A stretch of 64,000 nt of DNA. It comes from Octopus sinensis (Eukaryota). The stretch spans positions 37,150,464 through 37,214,463 of the forward strand of contig NC_043011.1 in assembly GCF_006345805.1 (NCBI RefSeq). Direction: 5' to 3'. The first letter of the stretch is position 1. The number at the start of each line of letters is the position of its first letter. Of this stretch, positions 40,885 through 54,049 are shown in pieces. Under the pieces are notes generated by a model. It saw only the letters and a program-made list of their open reading frames with translations, was not told where the DNA came from and ran no database searches. The position numbers were made by a program, and so were the translations under genes.

Positions 40885-42230
40885 TTACGGAAGTTGAGAC
40901 TCATATAAATCTGGTGGCTTAAATGAATCAAGTTCGAATTCATTTTTATTAATAATGACAAAGTGTCGTAAGAGTGATGAATGCGGTTTAGCCCTGGAAA
41001 AGCGCTGCACGAGAAGTCGACAGTTTACGAAGTCTTGTTTAACACTTAGACAGCAGGGAAAAGATCGCATGAATATGTATGCGAAACAGGCAACAAGCAA
41101 GAGATAACTGTTCTTCTTAAAGGTTGTTTTTATATTTATTTACCCTTTAAATAAGTACTAAAACTATCAAAATTATATTGAAAACCTCTTGGATTATACA
41201 AAAGCCAAAGATAAAACAAAGGGTTAATAAAATCATTTGATCCCAAACTCATTTGAGATTTCCGTACTTTTGTTGTCAAACGAATGTACAAATGGAGAAA
41301 AAAATGGTGAAGTAGTTGAAGTATCAATTTCTTCTGAACTGTCTAGAGTATCATCATTACCATCATCATCACCTACCTTATCTGAGGATGAAGTTAAGCC
41401 AGTAAAGGAAAACTTCTTTGCTTTTTACGCATGCTGGTTAGAAACGTCAATCAGTCAATAGAGAGTGTGCATTGAGAGTAACTGTCACGTGATGCCCTCT
41501 CCCCCAAAAAGTAGTTTAGGTGGAGTCTCAGGATCATTGAAGTCTGATCAAGCTGGCTTCAATAATGATTGAACCGATGTAGGAGAACGGGGATGAATAC
41601 TTGTGTGTATCGAATTTAAAGATTATAAATGTGTTAGTCATAATATTTTAAAGAATCATTAAAATTGATTAGGTAATAGTCACCAGTTCATGTCCTTAGG
41701 TTTATTTCCTTGCAGGACATTGTGGAAACATTATATCCATTCTTGTGGAATCGGATTGAAATCCTAGCAAAATAATCCTTGAATAACTTACATATTCAGC
41801 AAATTATATACGTCCTGTTTTAGGTCTCAGAAATAGAAGTACACATCCGTTATACACAACCTAATCATAGATTCAATCCTCTACCGGATCCTCTAATCAA
41901 TGGAAGTTATGTGAACAAGTTTCGATGAGTGAGTCTATGAGAACGATTTTTTGAAGGACCAAATTTATTTTCTTATCTGGTAAACTTTATCAGGTTTGGT
42001 TTTTGCCATCACCGCTAAATTTTGGAGGACTATGGCTGAAAGCCTTTGCTGCTAGTATTTGAGCCAGGTCTGAAGACCACACTAAGGAAAACTCTACCTC
42101 TTTCTGTTATTGCCTTCATTGATGGATCTAAAAGAACTCACGGGTGTCGCTCGTTCTTCTCTTTTTAAGTTATAAAAGAACACAAACCAAAACAACAATT
42201 CTTTGTTGTGATAGTTATCAACTATGCAAA
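40885..42230 (-). pseudogene. Decayed leucine-rich-repeat (LRR) membrane-protein pseudogene
   Basis: Minus-strand pieces in order: ELLFWFVFFY (signal-like), P.SS[F]R[S]INE (eroded LRRNT), DLAQILAAKAFS, SLPDKKINLVLQKIVLIDSLIETCSHNFH*LEDPVED*I, NVLQGNK, LLPNQF..LKIL*LTH, IDVSNQ..KFSFTGL, a Ser/Thr/Asp-rich stalk, hydrophobic LLLVACFAYIF and a tail. Many stops and frameshifts. Confidence 0.5.
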
Positions 42231-42857
42231 CACAAAGCAAACTCTGTTTTGGGGTAATAAGAACCCCAGTCATAACAACGTGATTAAACACCAGACAGCG
42301 AATTATCACAATCGTTAGAGCATCACATAGACTGCTTTGTCTTATTTGTTCCACCTTTCTTTTGTCTGGCTTCAAAACCCGAAGTGGCCGAAATCAGATT
42401 TCCTCATTTCGAAAACCATAAGCGTGTTAGTATTCCAGCAGTGGAATAGATTCCCCGCTCCTGTGTCTCTTTCCGTGGAACAGAACAAGCACTTTTCAAA
42501 AATGGAAAAGAGAGAAGTCTATGATATACTTCATTTCACGGCGGCGCCTGAAAGTCTTTACCACGGTTTGAGCTGTTGACGATGGCATGGAGTTAACACC
42601 ACAAATGATTACTCAAACCAACGAAACAATTTTCTCATGCACCCATCGCTCTATAGTAAGAACGTCTTTCGATATCGGCTCCAAACCAGAAACTTTATAA
42701 GACGCAGCACAGAAATTAATTCTCCCTGAAATTATATTGTATTGCCTTAACTAAAATATCATGCTCTGGACATTGAAACAAATTGCAGAAGTAAAAGAGT
42801 TACTAACAGAGATAATGTGGCCAGGTAGAGAGACTTTAATCAATCATAACAGTACAT

Positions 42858-43285
42858 GTATTGGGAGGAGATAATCGTTGTTGAACAATGCTTAAATCTA
42901 CCAAAGGAAGGCAAAAGAAAAACTATAATTAAGAGAAACGTCTTTTTCGTAACGGGTGCACGCACAGCCGGCCGAATTAATTAAAATTTGAATTAGGCGT
43001 TAATTATTCCTTGTCCGTGAAGCAGTGCCACAGTCTTATCTTCCTGAGGTCTGCTTGATCGTATCTGACTTGATTTTAGACAAAGACGTTAGCAACAACA
43101 ACAACATTGCCTACTGAACATTAGAAACGATATTATAGAAAATAATGAACCGAACTTAATTGAAGCACATTCGTATATTCTGAACTAACAAAGAATATAT
43201 TTTCAATTTACCTTTAGCAGTTGATGGCAAAATGTCTAAGTGGTAGAAGACGTAGATTTAAAATTAGATCTCTTTAGTCATTAAG
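42858..43285. repeat. Low-copy ~430-bp segment duplicated at 50005-50460
   Basis: Colinear, moderately diverged match, for example ggccgaattaattaaaatt.gaattaggcgttaattatt. Confidence 0.8.
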
Positions 43286-43659
43286 TAATGTTAGATGTAC
43301 CATGGCAATCCATGTGGCTTACATATTGCAGAGTTAACAGCTGAGAGCGCACACATGTAAAAACTCACATTCACACAAACATATACATAGATAAATAGAC
43401 AGACGGTAACACAGGCAGACATATATATAGATAGATTGATAAATAGATAGATAGATAGATAGATAGATACATTGATAGATAGAGAGATAGATAGATAAAC
43501 AGATAGCTAGCTAGCTAGCTAGATAGATAGGTAGATAGATAGAAAGATAGATAGATAGATAGATGATAGATAGATAGATAGATAGATAGATAGAAAGATA
43601 GATAGATAAATAGATAGATAGATAGATAGACAGACGGACAAACATATAGATAGGCAGAC

Positions 43660-43731
<72 letters not shown>

Positions 43732-43940
43732 GTACGGGTTTAACACTATAGGGGAATACATTTGCTTTGTGTACACGTTATCTCATATAGAACACTATAG
43801 TAAATAGCTGTGGTAGAGCGGAAGCATAGATATGCAACTTAAATCAGACGGATAATGTTGAGTCTGAATGTTGCCCTTCGGTAGGCTCTTCATCAGAGTT
43901 CTGATCAGCCCAACCATGCATGTATATATATATATGTATG

Positions 43941-44033
<93 letters not shown>

Positions 44034-44057
44034 TACATATATATATATATATATATG

Positions 44058-44187
44058 CAGGGTGATTCAAGAGTCATCATACAAAGGAAAAATTAATTTC
44101 TCTATAAGAAACAGTTAAATATAAAAACTGCTTCCTTATTTAAAAAAATAGATTTTTCTTATTTATGGCGATTTTGGGATCATCCTG
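44058..44187. mobile_element. Tc1/mariner-type MITE
   Basis: Imperfect TIRs cagggtgattcaagagtcatcata / tatggcgattttgggatcatcctg in TA context. Confidence 0.55.
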
Positions 44188-44203
44188 TATATATACACAC
44201 ACC

Positions 44204-44410
44204 TCTATTATATAAAATCCGTTCTGCCTGTCTGTGTGTGTGTCTTTTAAGATCTCGGGCATCCTGCATCCGATTGCCCTCAGATTTGATATGTAGATAC
44301 CGACGGTATCAGGGCGTGTATAAGACTTTAAAAAATTACAAAAATCGATTCCAGGTGAGAATGCGATCGATAAAGCCGTGGGAACGTGCATTTGTACACG
44401 CAAGTACATC
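44204..44410 (+). mobile_element. Possible non-autonomous Helitron 5' part
   Basis: Begins TCTATTATATAAAA followed by gtctgtgtgtgtg, typical of short Helitron derivatives. No 3' CTAG end identified. Confidence 0.4.
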
Positions 44411-45215
44411 AGCTGTTGCCATCGATACTACGCGTACGCGAGAAAAATGCACGTGCAGTTTGCGCAAAAAAATCAGCATGCTTTTCCATGTAGATTTACC
44501 TCCAGTTAACCCATTTGCATGCATCGTTTTTGTCCTGCTTTTCTTCCGTCAATCTGTACATAACTGCACCATCCATTTTTTGTGTTTTTGTACTGCTTAC
44601 AGGCACGTTTCTTTCCTGACAAGCTTACTGTCTAAACCATGTTTGTTGTCTTCCAGTCAACAGCCTTATTATTACTGATACTTTAAACTCTTCGGTTTAA
44701 TATTTTTGTTAATACATATATGTAGCATTCTATGTATACATATGCATGTTTACACACTTGTATAAGCACGTATATGTACATAGAAAATGCACACTGCTAC
44801 GGCTTTAGGAAGTAGCGAAGAAGTGAGGTTGCCTCCTGGTGCAATGATATACGTTACCATGTATCGTCTATGAAGCCGCTTTCACTTTCATAATTAAATG
44901 AAACGATTGCTCTTTCCCTTCCGGTTGCAGCATCGGCTGTAGAAACGTTTACAAAGGACTTTGGTAATCTATGCAATGTAAAGTATTTCTGTAGGTTTTT
45001 GATCTGCGGGCGACATCAACTACAGAAATAGATGTCTTCCGGCGGCTGTCACTGATTATATATTTATCTTTATAGACAATGGATGAAAATTAATTACGTT
45101 AATTTACTTGTCAACTAAATCCGCAGATTTACATATCAAAGGCTGCTCATAAGCTCATACCGATTTATACTTTCGATCATCAATATCTAATAGCACTTTT
45201 CAGCGATATCTATAC

Positions 45216-45253
<38 letters not shown>

Positions 45254-45356
45254 GTATAAGCATACAGCAATTAGCACGTATGCCCCAACATATATGATGG
45301 TGTATTCTTATATATAAACACATATATGGACCCATTCATTAATACGTATATATGAG

Positions 45357-45408
<52 letters not shown>

Positions 45409-45424
45409 TATATATATATATATA

Positions 45425-45620
45425 TCAAACGATGAATAGCTTTGCGTAAATCATGGTCTATTTTGTTCTCTTACTTTATTATCATCTTATAATCATCTCA
45501 TAATAATGACTTTTATGACTCGTATTAAGACCTCAGTCAATCTAAATGTATATGATTTTTCATTTTTTACCCTTACTTTTCCACGTGTATTTTATATTTT
45601 CTTTTCGTAACATATTTCTA

Positions 45621-45622
<2 letters not shown>
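45425..45622 (-). mobile_element. (TA)n-bounded short element (copy 2 of 7997-8250)
   Basis: Reverse-complement homology including both ends. Lacks a ~50-bp internal block. Confidence 0.7.
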
Positions 45623-45653
<31 letters not shown>

Positions 45654-45664
45654 TATATATATAT

Positions 45665-45706
<42 letters not shown>

Positions 45707-46319
45707 GACATGGAATTTACTATTACTAAAATGATTTTAAAATTGTATAGAGTTCAAGGTATGAGAGAGAAAGAGTGATGTGTAGTGGTCTATTGTCTAA
45801 AAAGAAACACTTGCGGGTTACTGGCAAGTTATTGAATGGGTTTTACGTTCATCTATTTCTGAATCTGTGTGTATGTGTGTGTATGTGTGTGTGTATGGTT
45901 GTGTGCATTGTGTCGAATGTTCTTTCAATATGTTTGGAATGTGACCAGCTGTATGTTAAGGTGTCTCTACGTTGAGATGAATTGTTTAATGGGTGTGTAT
46001 GTGTATGTTAGTGTGTGTGTGAGTGATTTTTTACGATATATGCATATTTATGTATGTATGTATATATGTATGTGTGTTTGTCCAGGATAGGACTACACAG
46101 CCACAGCAGGAAATGTATCAGGACATGAAATATAAAATATAAAAGCCGGACTAGACTACTTTATGCGCAACTCCATTGTCTCCCGAGACAGAAAGGATGC
46201 CAACCAATATATATACATACATATATATGTGTGTGTGTGTGTTTGTGTATATATATATAATATAAATAATATATAAATATATGCGTATATACATACATAT
46301 ATGTACATACCTACATATA

Positions 46320-46950
46320 TATGTATATATACATGCATATATGGGTACAGGACATCAAAAAAACGTTGAACACAATGAGAAACGAAAATAAAAATGCAAA
46401 AACATCGAAATGATCTTATTTTTCAAACAACGAAAAAAAACCCAGAGAAACGAGGCATACAACATAAAAAAATATTCACCTTCTTCAGTTGTCTCTATTT
46501 CATCTACTACGCCTTACGAAGGTAAGGGCAAGATACGACTTCTTTAAAATTAAATATAAAGTGAGATTTTTGCGGAGGGTGAAAGTGCTTACAAGAACAG
46601 GACAGTGAGAACAAAACATTAAAAATAATAAAAGAGTAAAAGCAGTAAAAGATGTGAACAAAATAAAAACAAACGATGAGGGCTGTTAAGTCAAGACGAT
46701 TGAATAATAATTATATATGTATATATACATGCATATATGGGTACAGGACATCAAAAAAACGTTGAACACAATGAGAAACGAACTTTTTATCGAACAACGA
46801 AAAAACATAGAAACGAGACATACAACATAAGGAATATTCCCCTACAACAGTTGTCCCTGTTTCATCTACTCCGCGTTCGAAGGTAAGGACAAGACGCGAC
46901 TTCATGGAAACAGTCCTTCCCGCAAAGCAAAATTTTAATAAAATCTTGAA
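46320..46950 (-). mobile_element. Partial tandem (direct repeat ~200 bp) element between (TA)n tracts
   Basis: atatatgggtacaggacatcaaaaaaacgttgaacacaatgagaaacgaa at ~46337 and ~46733. Partial-tandem layout typical of Penelope-like ends. Confidence 0.6.
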
Positions 46951-47169
46951 TATATATATATATACATTGTGCGATGGGTAAAATGTTGCACCCTTATATA
47001 TTTATATTTATTTCGCTCTTGCATATTGTTTGGTTTTGATTTTTTGTACTTTAGGCACAAGACGCGAAATGTTTGGGGAGGTAGGAGGCAAATCGATGAG
47101 ATCGACTCCCGTACGCAACTGGTACTTAATTTACCGAGTCCGAAGAGGTGAAAGGTAAAAAAACAGCAC

Positions 47170-47857
47170 CATGGCGCAATTCACTCTGCCAGAACTTTTT
47201 GAAATGTCTTCCTGTAGTGATTGACAATCGCGCCGGAATATCCAATACAAATATTTCAGAGTGTTTGGGTGTATCGAGAGTAAGAAAATTCATACACCCA
47301 GTCAACGTCATTTTGCTTGGAGTCATCACTAGTGTTGGCGACGTTGTGCCTCCATTCATCTTCCCACGCGGCCTCACACTCGACACTGATGGCCACATCA
47401 AGTGCGTGGAGGTGGTCGTGGTGCCATGATCAACAGGGTGGCTGCTGGAAGACCCTATATCTGCCATCAGGACTGTGCACCATACCACACAAGCAGTTGA
47501 ATCGTCCCGAAAATCTGGCCACTTAACTCCCCACTTTGCAACCCCTTTCATTACTATGTGTGGGGCGCACTCGAGTGAGACCAACAAAACTCCTTGTAAC
47601 ACCAAAGATGAACTGAGGGCAAGGATTATGGCGGCTTTCACCAACCTAAACAAGGAGACTGTCCAGAAAGGCTGCAGAAGATTCTGAAGTCACCTGGAGG
47701 CCGTGGTTGAAGCCAATAGCGATTTGATTGAAAAAATGTACTTTTTCAATTTTTTCAAGATATTTTCATGTAATTTTGGTAAATATGTCAAAATGAGATG
47801 TCGATGTTATTTTAATTTTTGTGCAATTTAAATAACAATTTATTCACTGCGCCCTGT
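47170..47857 (+). mobile_element. Tc1/mariner superfamily (DD37D/maT-like) transposase pseudogene with right end
   Basis: HPVNVILLGVITSVGDVVPPFIFPRGL...HQD...WPLNSPLCNPFHYYVWGA...ETNKTPCNTKDELRARIMAAFTNLNKETVQKGCRRF*SHLEAVVEAN. Ends ...gccctg followed by TA. Confidence 0.8.
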
Positions 47858-47892
47858 ATATGGATAGACAGATCGCTTAATTGATTGGTTGA

Positions 47893-48178
47893 AGCCGGTC
47901 TGGCAGTGTGGTAAGAAGCTTGCTTCTGAACCGCACGCTTCTGCATTCAGTCTCCTTGCTTATCAACTTAAAATAAATGCCTTCCGTTCTAGCCTCGGGC
48001 CGACTAAAGCCATGTGACTGGATTTGGTTTATGGAAACCGAAGCGCGCGCGCACACACACACACACATATATAAATAGTGGGATGCATGTGTTCGTGTGT
48101 GAGCCTTCGTGTCTGTGGCTGTCCCCATCCCACTTGACAGCCGGTGTTGGTGTGTTTACGCACTCGTAATTTAGCAAT
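47893..48178 (+). mobile_element. CORE-type SINE family B (decayed)
   Basis: gtgtggtaagaagcttgcttc ... tagcctcgggccgac ... ggtgtgtttacg. Confidence 0.65.
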
Positions 48179-48497
48179 TTTGTAATGTGTTGGGATGGCT
48201 ATTTGGTATGATATTCAGAGATACAGAGAGAGAGAGAGCGAGAAGGAGACAGAAAAAAGGAAGAGAGAGCGAGAAAGAGAGATAGAAGGAAAGAGAGAGG
48301 GAGATTAGAATAGAAAATGAAAAAGGAAAACATTTAACTTAAATATAAAATAGTGCGGTGCTCTTGTAACAAAATGGTAGAGTCTCTTAGAGCTGTTTGT
48401 AGAATAACCAAGTATGTGGATCATGATATTGAGTAAGGATTTTATTAGTTAAGCGTTCCATCATCGGAAAGAGTCAGAAAATACCGAGACGAAGGCT

Positions 48498-49011
48498 ATT
48501 CTTCTCTACTCTAGGCAGAAGGCCCGAAATATCTGGGGTAGGGGACTAGTCGAATAGAACGACCCCAGCGTAAAGGCACGCGAAATCCTACTAAGCAATT
48601 TGCCCGGCGTGCTAACGTTTCTTATTTCTTTATTGCCCACAAGGGGTTAAACATAGAGGGGACAAAAAAGGACATAGAAACAGATTAAGTCGATTATATC
48701 AACCCCAGCTCGAAAGGATGAAAGGCAAAGTCGACCTCGGCGGAATTTGATCTCAGAACGTAACGATAGACGAAATACCTGTTTCTTTTCTACCCACAAG
48801 GGGCTAAACACAGAGAAGACAAACAAGGACAGACAAACAGATTAATTCGATTATATCACCCCAGTACGTAAATGGTACTTACTTAATCGACCCCGAAATG
48901 ATGAAACGCAATGTCGACCTCGGCGGAATTTGAACTCAGAACGTAACGGCAGACAAAATACCGCTAAGCATTTCGCCCGGCGTGCTAACATTTCTGCCAG
49001 CTCGCTGCCTT
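48498..49011 (-). mobile_element. SINE family A multimer
   Basis: About three units, showing both junction types. Confidence 0.85.
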
Positions 49012-49912
49012 CCCAAACGAAGATATTAGTTCTTTCCAGGACGTCGAGATGTGAAGGCAAAATCAGAATGAAAAGTATATGCGATAGCTGCTTGCTAACT
49101 TATTGGAATTATGTAACTTTTACTGATAGTAAGAATTTATAGACGTTTCTACTCAAAAAATTCTGAACAATTGGAATTTTATTATTTTTTCCTTTATCAA
49201 AACGTATACTTTAATATTTCTTCAATTCATGGATTAATTTTAATTAACTGTGAGCATTTTTGAAAAACTTAAACGCGTGACAGTATTTTTAACGTCTTTC
49301 TGCACTATGCCCCCACTCTCCCTTCCCCACCTGCACCTCTCTCCGCCTCTCTCTGCCATTATCTCTTCTTGTCTCTCTCCATCTTTTTCCCTCTCTCTCA
49401 CCATCTCTAGTTCTCTCTTTCTCTCTTTCTCTCCCTTTCTCTCTTTCCATCGTTTCTTTTTCTTTTATATTTTCCACAGGTAATTCCTTTGCTATAGCCT
49501 CCACTGTTCAAGTCAGCGTACTTCATATGAGGATCAAGATTGAGAAAATACCATTTCCCATCTCTGAACATTTGCTGTCGTGTATTTTACATGAGGTCGT
49601 CAATACTAAAATGTAAAGATAAACGTCGAAGGAAAAGAAACATTTTATACATCACATGTCAGAACCCAGAGTACATTTTTCAATATGATTTTTTCCAGTA
49701 CTCTCCCTAACAATATTACGATACCTTCAAAACAACAAGAGTTACGACAAATTATAAGTCTGCCATTATTTTGTAAATAAATGAAAATATTTTATTTCAA
49801 TAATAAACTACCGATGGAGATATATATCTTACAAAACAATATATAATACACATGCATCAAATGCGAATGAAATATATTTAAATACCAAACAAAATACACT
49901 CATGCACAATTA

Positions 49913-49979
<67 letters not shown>

Positions 49980-50464
49980 ATATACCATAAATGAGATTGT
50001 GAAAGTATTGGGAGGAGATATTCATTGTTGAACAATGCATAAATCTACCAAACAAAGGTGAAAGAAAATGTATAATTAAGAGAAACGACTTTTTCGACAC
50101 GGGTTATCGCACTGCTGGCCGAATTAATTAAAATTCGAATTAGGCGTTAATTATTCATTCTCCGTGAAGCAATGTCACTGTCTTATCTTCCAGAGGTCTT
50201 CTCGATCATTTCTGATTTGGTTTTAGACAACAACAACAACAACAACAATAACAACAACAATAACGATAACTACTGACCATTACAAACGATATTATAGAAA
50301 TTAGTGAACCGAACAGAATTGGAGCGCATTCGAAAATTGAGTACTAAATAGCGAATCAGAATCAGAATATATCTTCAATTTACCATTAGTAGTCGGTCGG
50401 TGGCAATATGTCAGACTAGTAGGGGACAGATTAAAAATTAGATCTCTTTCGTTATTTAGCCTGT

Positions 50465-50552
<88 letters not shown>

Positions 50553-50848
50553 TGACGCATATTTGCCATTTGAATATGGCTAACCCATAAGGGTGGATGC
50601 TACTGTAGTTTGTAGCCCCAGGAAGATATCTCCTCCAGCAAATATGCGTCATGATGTGTTACCGCTACTGTTTATAACTCGCTCTGAGATTTATCATTGT
50701 TATATATCATAGTGTGCTAAATTTTTCTTGAGAACAATTCTTAGTGGTTGGGATCCTTGCGGATCTATCTCTAGCGTAAGAGTGTCTGCATAGTGGGTTC
50801 TCTCTCATATTTGTGTGTATATATATATAGACTAAATAACGAAAGAGA

Positions 50849-51250
50849 TCGTTTGTCTGTCCTTGTTTGTCCCTTCTGTGTTTAGCCCCTTGTGGGTAGT
50901 AAAGAAATAGGTATTTCGTCTGGTGCTGCGTTCTGAGTACAAATTCCGGCGAGGTCGACTTTACCTTTCATCCTTTCGGGGTCGATAAATTAAGTACCAG
51001 TGACGCACTGGGGTCGATGTAATCGACTTAATCCGTTTGTTTGTCCTTGTTTGTCCTCTCTGTGTTTAGCCCCTTGTAGGTAGTAAAGAAGTAAGTATTT
51101 CGTTCTGAGTAGAAATTCCGCCGAGGTCAACTTTGCCTTTCATCCTTTCGGGGTCGATAAATTAAGTGCCAGTTGCATACTATGGTCGATCTAATAGACT
51201 GAGTCCTTCCTCCAAAATTTCGGGCCTTGCGCCTAATGTAGGAAAGAATA
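50849..51250 (+). mobile_element. SINE family A multimer
   Basis: About 2.3 headless units on the + strand. Confidence 0.85.
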
Positions 51251-51469
51251 TTTCCTGTATTGTGCAAGGATAACCGATTTTATTCCACAAAATTTTTTTT
51301 TAAGTCTTACCTGGACCCCCAAGGGCCTTATAGATCCCGCTTGACTGCCACTGTTCCAGAGAAAATACATCTACCTGAATATCTCTTAAACCGATTAGTC
51401 GTCCACATTCCAGTCGCTGTATCCAGCCTACGGCACACTAGTAGCGATTATTGCTGAAAGAACACAAAG

Positions 51470-52175
<706 letters not shown>

Positions 52176-52277
52176 GTCAAAAATGAGGGTTCAAAGATTG
52201 GATATTAATTTAATAACATCAATTTAAACACCAGTGGTCTAGCGCATAACATTCTTAGATTCAGTAAATATTATTAA

Positions 52278-52492
52278 TACACAAATATGAGAGAGAATCC
52301 ACTATGTGGACGCTCCTACGCTAGAACGTAAAAATAGTGTGCTAAAAATTTAGCACACTATGAACGTAAGCTTACGTTCATAGTGATCTAAATTTTTCTT
52401 GAGAATAATTCTTAGTGGTTGGGATCCTTGCGGATCTATCTCTAGCGTAAGAGCGTCTGCATAGTGGATTCTCTCTCATATTTGTATGTGTA
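52278..52492. mobile_element. Fold-back element with overlapping internal palindromes; single-arm copy at ~50708-50820
   Basis: 52279-52326 pairs with 52441-52490. Hairpin at 52334-52361 and a perfect 30-bp palindrome at 52356-52385. Confidence 0.75.
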
Positions 52493-53744
52493 TATATATA
52501 TATATCCATATATATACTTACTTACACACACACACATAGGCACACATATACACACATACATACATGCATCCACACACATGCATGCATACGCACATACACA
52601 CACACATGTATACATAGATACAGATATGCATACATACATACATGTATACACACACGCACGCTCACGCACACACATAATATATATAAAAGTCGAAGAAAAA
52701 TGTGTTCAATGCAATTATCTAATAAGACGTGTATGAATTAAGAGCGATTTGGCTGGTATTACTTGCACGCGCGGAAACCGGAAGCGGTAGATATCGGCAT
52801 AAAGATGGCGGTTGTGAATAGTTTTCTTAAGTCATTACTATTTGAACAGAACTCTGAACAAATATATTCCAGCCGTGAACATCCCCACCCAATTAAGATC
52901 TACGAAAAACATTATCCTATACAGTTCATTAGATGTTATGAATAACGTCTAAGAAGTGACAACGGGAACATCCCCACAAAACCAGAGGAAGTGTGCAGTA
53001 CTTAAAGACAGCGATTATATTTAAATATTAAACAGCTTTAAAAGTGCAACAGAATGCGACGATATTATATTTATTTCATTGCTTTTGTTCTTGTTGCTAC
53101 CAATGATGTTATGAATATCGAATATCCGGTAATTAAATTTCTCCGTAGTGAAATTACTTGTATTTCACGGCATATATTACTTACTCCAAATGCAGAGTGT
53201 ACATTAATATTCAGTTATCGCACGACAATACATTGAGAAATATTTTCGAAGAAAGCTAGCAATGACAACGAACTTTTCACAAGTATGCCAAAACAAATTG
53301 AACAACAGTAACCAGATTCACATGGCCAAATATAAGATGTCTTACGTAGGAAGTTAAAAGTACTTCAAATTTGCAATGTTTTCACATCACAGGAAGAACG
53401 CAGTCGCAAAATCGTTCATTATAATTCAATGCAGGTCTATCACTCCAAGTAGCATCAAAAACATCAATACATGTATAAATGCATAGAACCATTGAAATGA
53501 AGCGTGGGAACGTTTTCCTCTTCTCTTAAGCTTCCCTTAATATTAATCCGATTATATTCAGCCTAAACTATATTGGTAACAAACAGATATATGCATATAT
53601 ATATAATATATATATATAGATGTGTGTGTGTGTGTGGGTGTGTGTGTGTGTGTGTGTATTAAAAGAAATAAGGTACTCAGAAATCTGGATGGTTTTATAT
53701 TTACAGATATTTATTACTATGTCTCCTCTTTTTATAAATCATAT

Positions 53745-53783
53745 ATTAGCGCTTGCGTCCACTCTAGTGGAGTCTTCAGATTC
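53745..53783 (-). ncRNA. Degenerate hammerhead motif
   Basis: Minus: gaau CUGAAGA c UCCACU-ag-AGUGGA c GCAA gcgc UA au. GAAA is mutated to GCAA; palindromic AGCGCU stem III. Confidence 0.5.
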
Positions 53784-54007
53784 AGATTTATATATATATA
53801 TAAATATATATATATAGATATATGTATGTATGTATATATATATATATATATACGCATGCATATATATGTATATACATAGTGTATGTGTATGCATATATAT
53901 ATATATACATACATATTTATATATATATATAATATATATATATATATGTATATATATGTATATATATATGTATATAATATGTATATATATATATATTATT
54001 ATATCTG

Positions 54008-54049
<42 letters not shown>

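Noticed and set aside
41136-41327. NPLFY resembling the GPCR NPxxY motif
   Set aside because: No upstream multi-TM pattern; the region fits the LRR pseudogene interpretation better.
42066-42100. CTGAAGA...GAAA candidate
   Set aside because: Stem II and stem III do not pair properly; likely chance within the pseudogene.
43860-43905. Minus-strand CTGATGAAGAGCC between TA tracts (also CTGAAGA near 46488 and 63955)
   Set aside because: The GAAA half or stem I is missing. Possibly eroded hammerheads, but not supportable as features.
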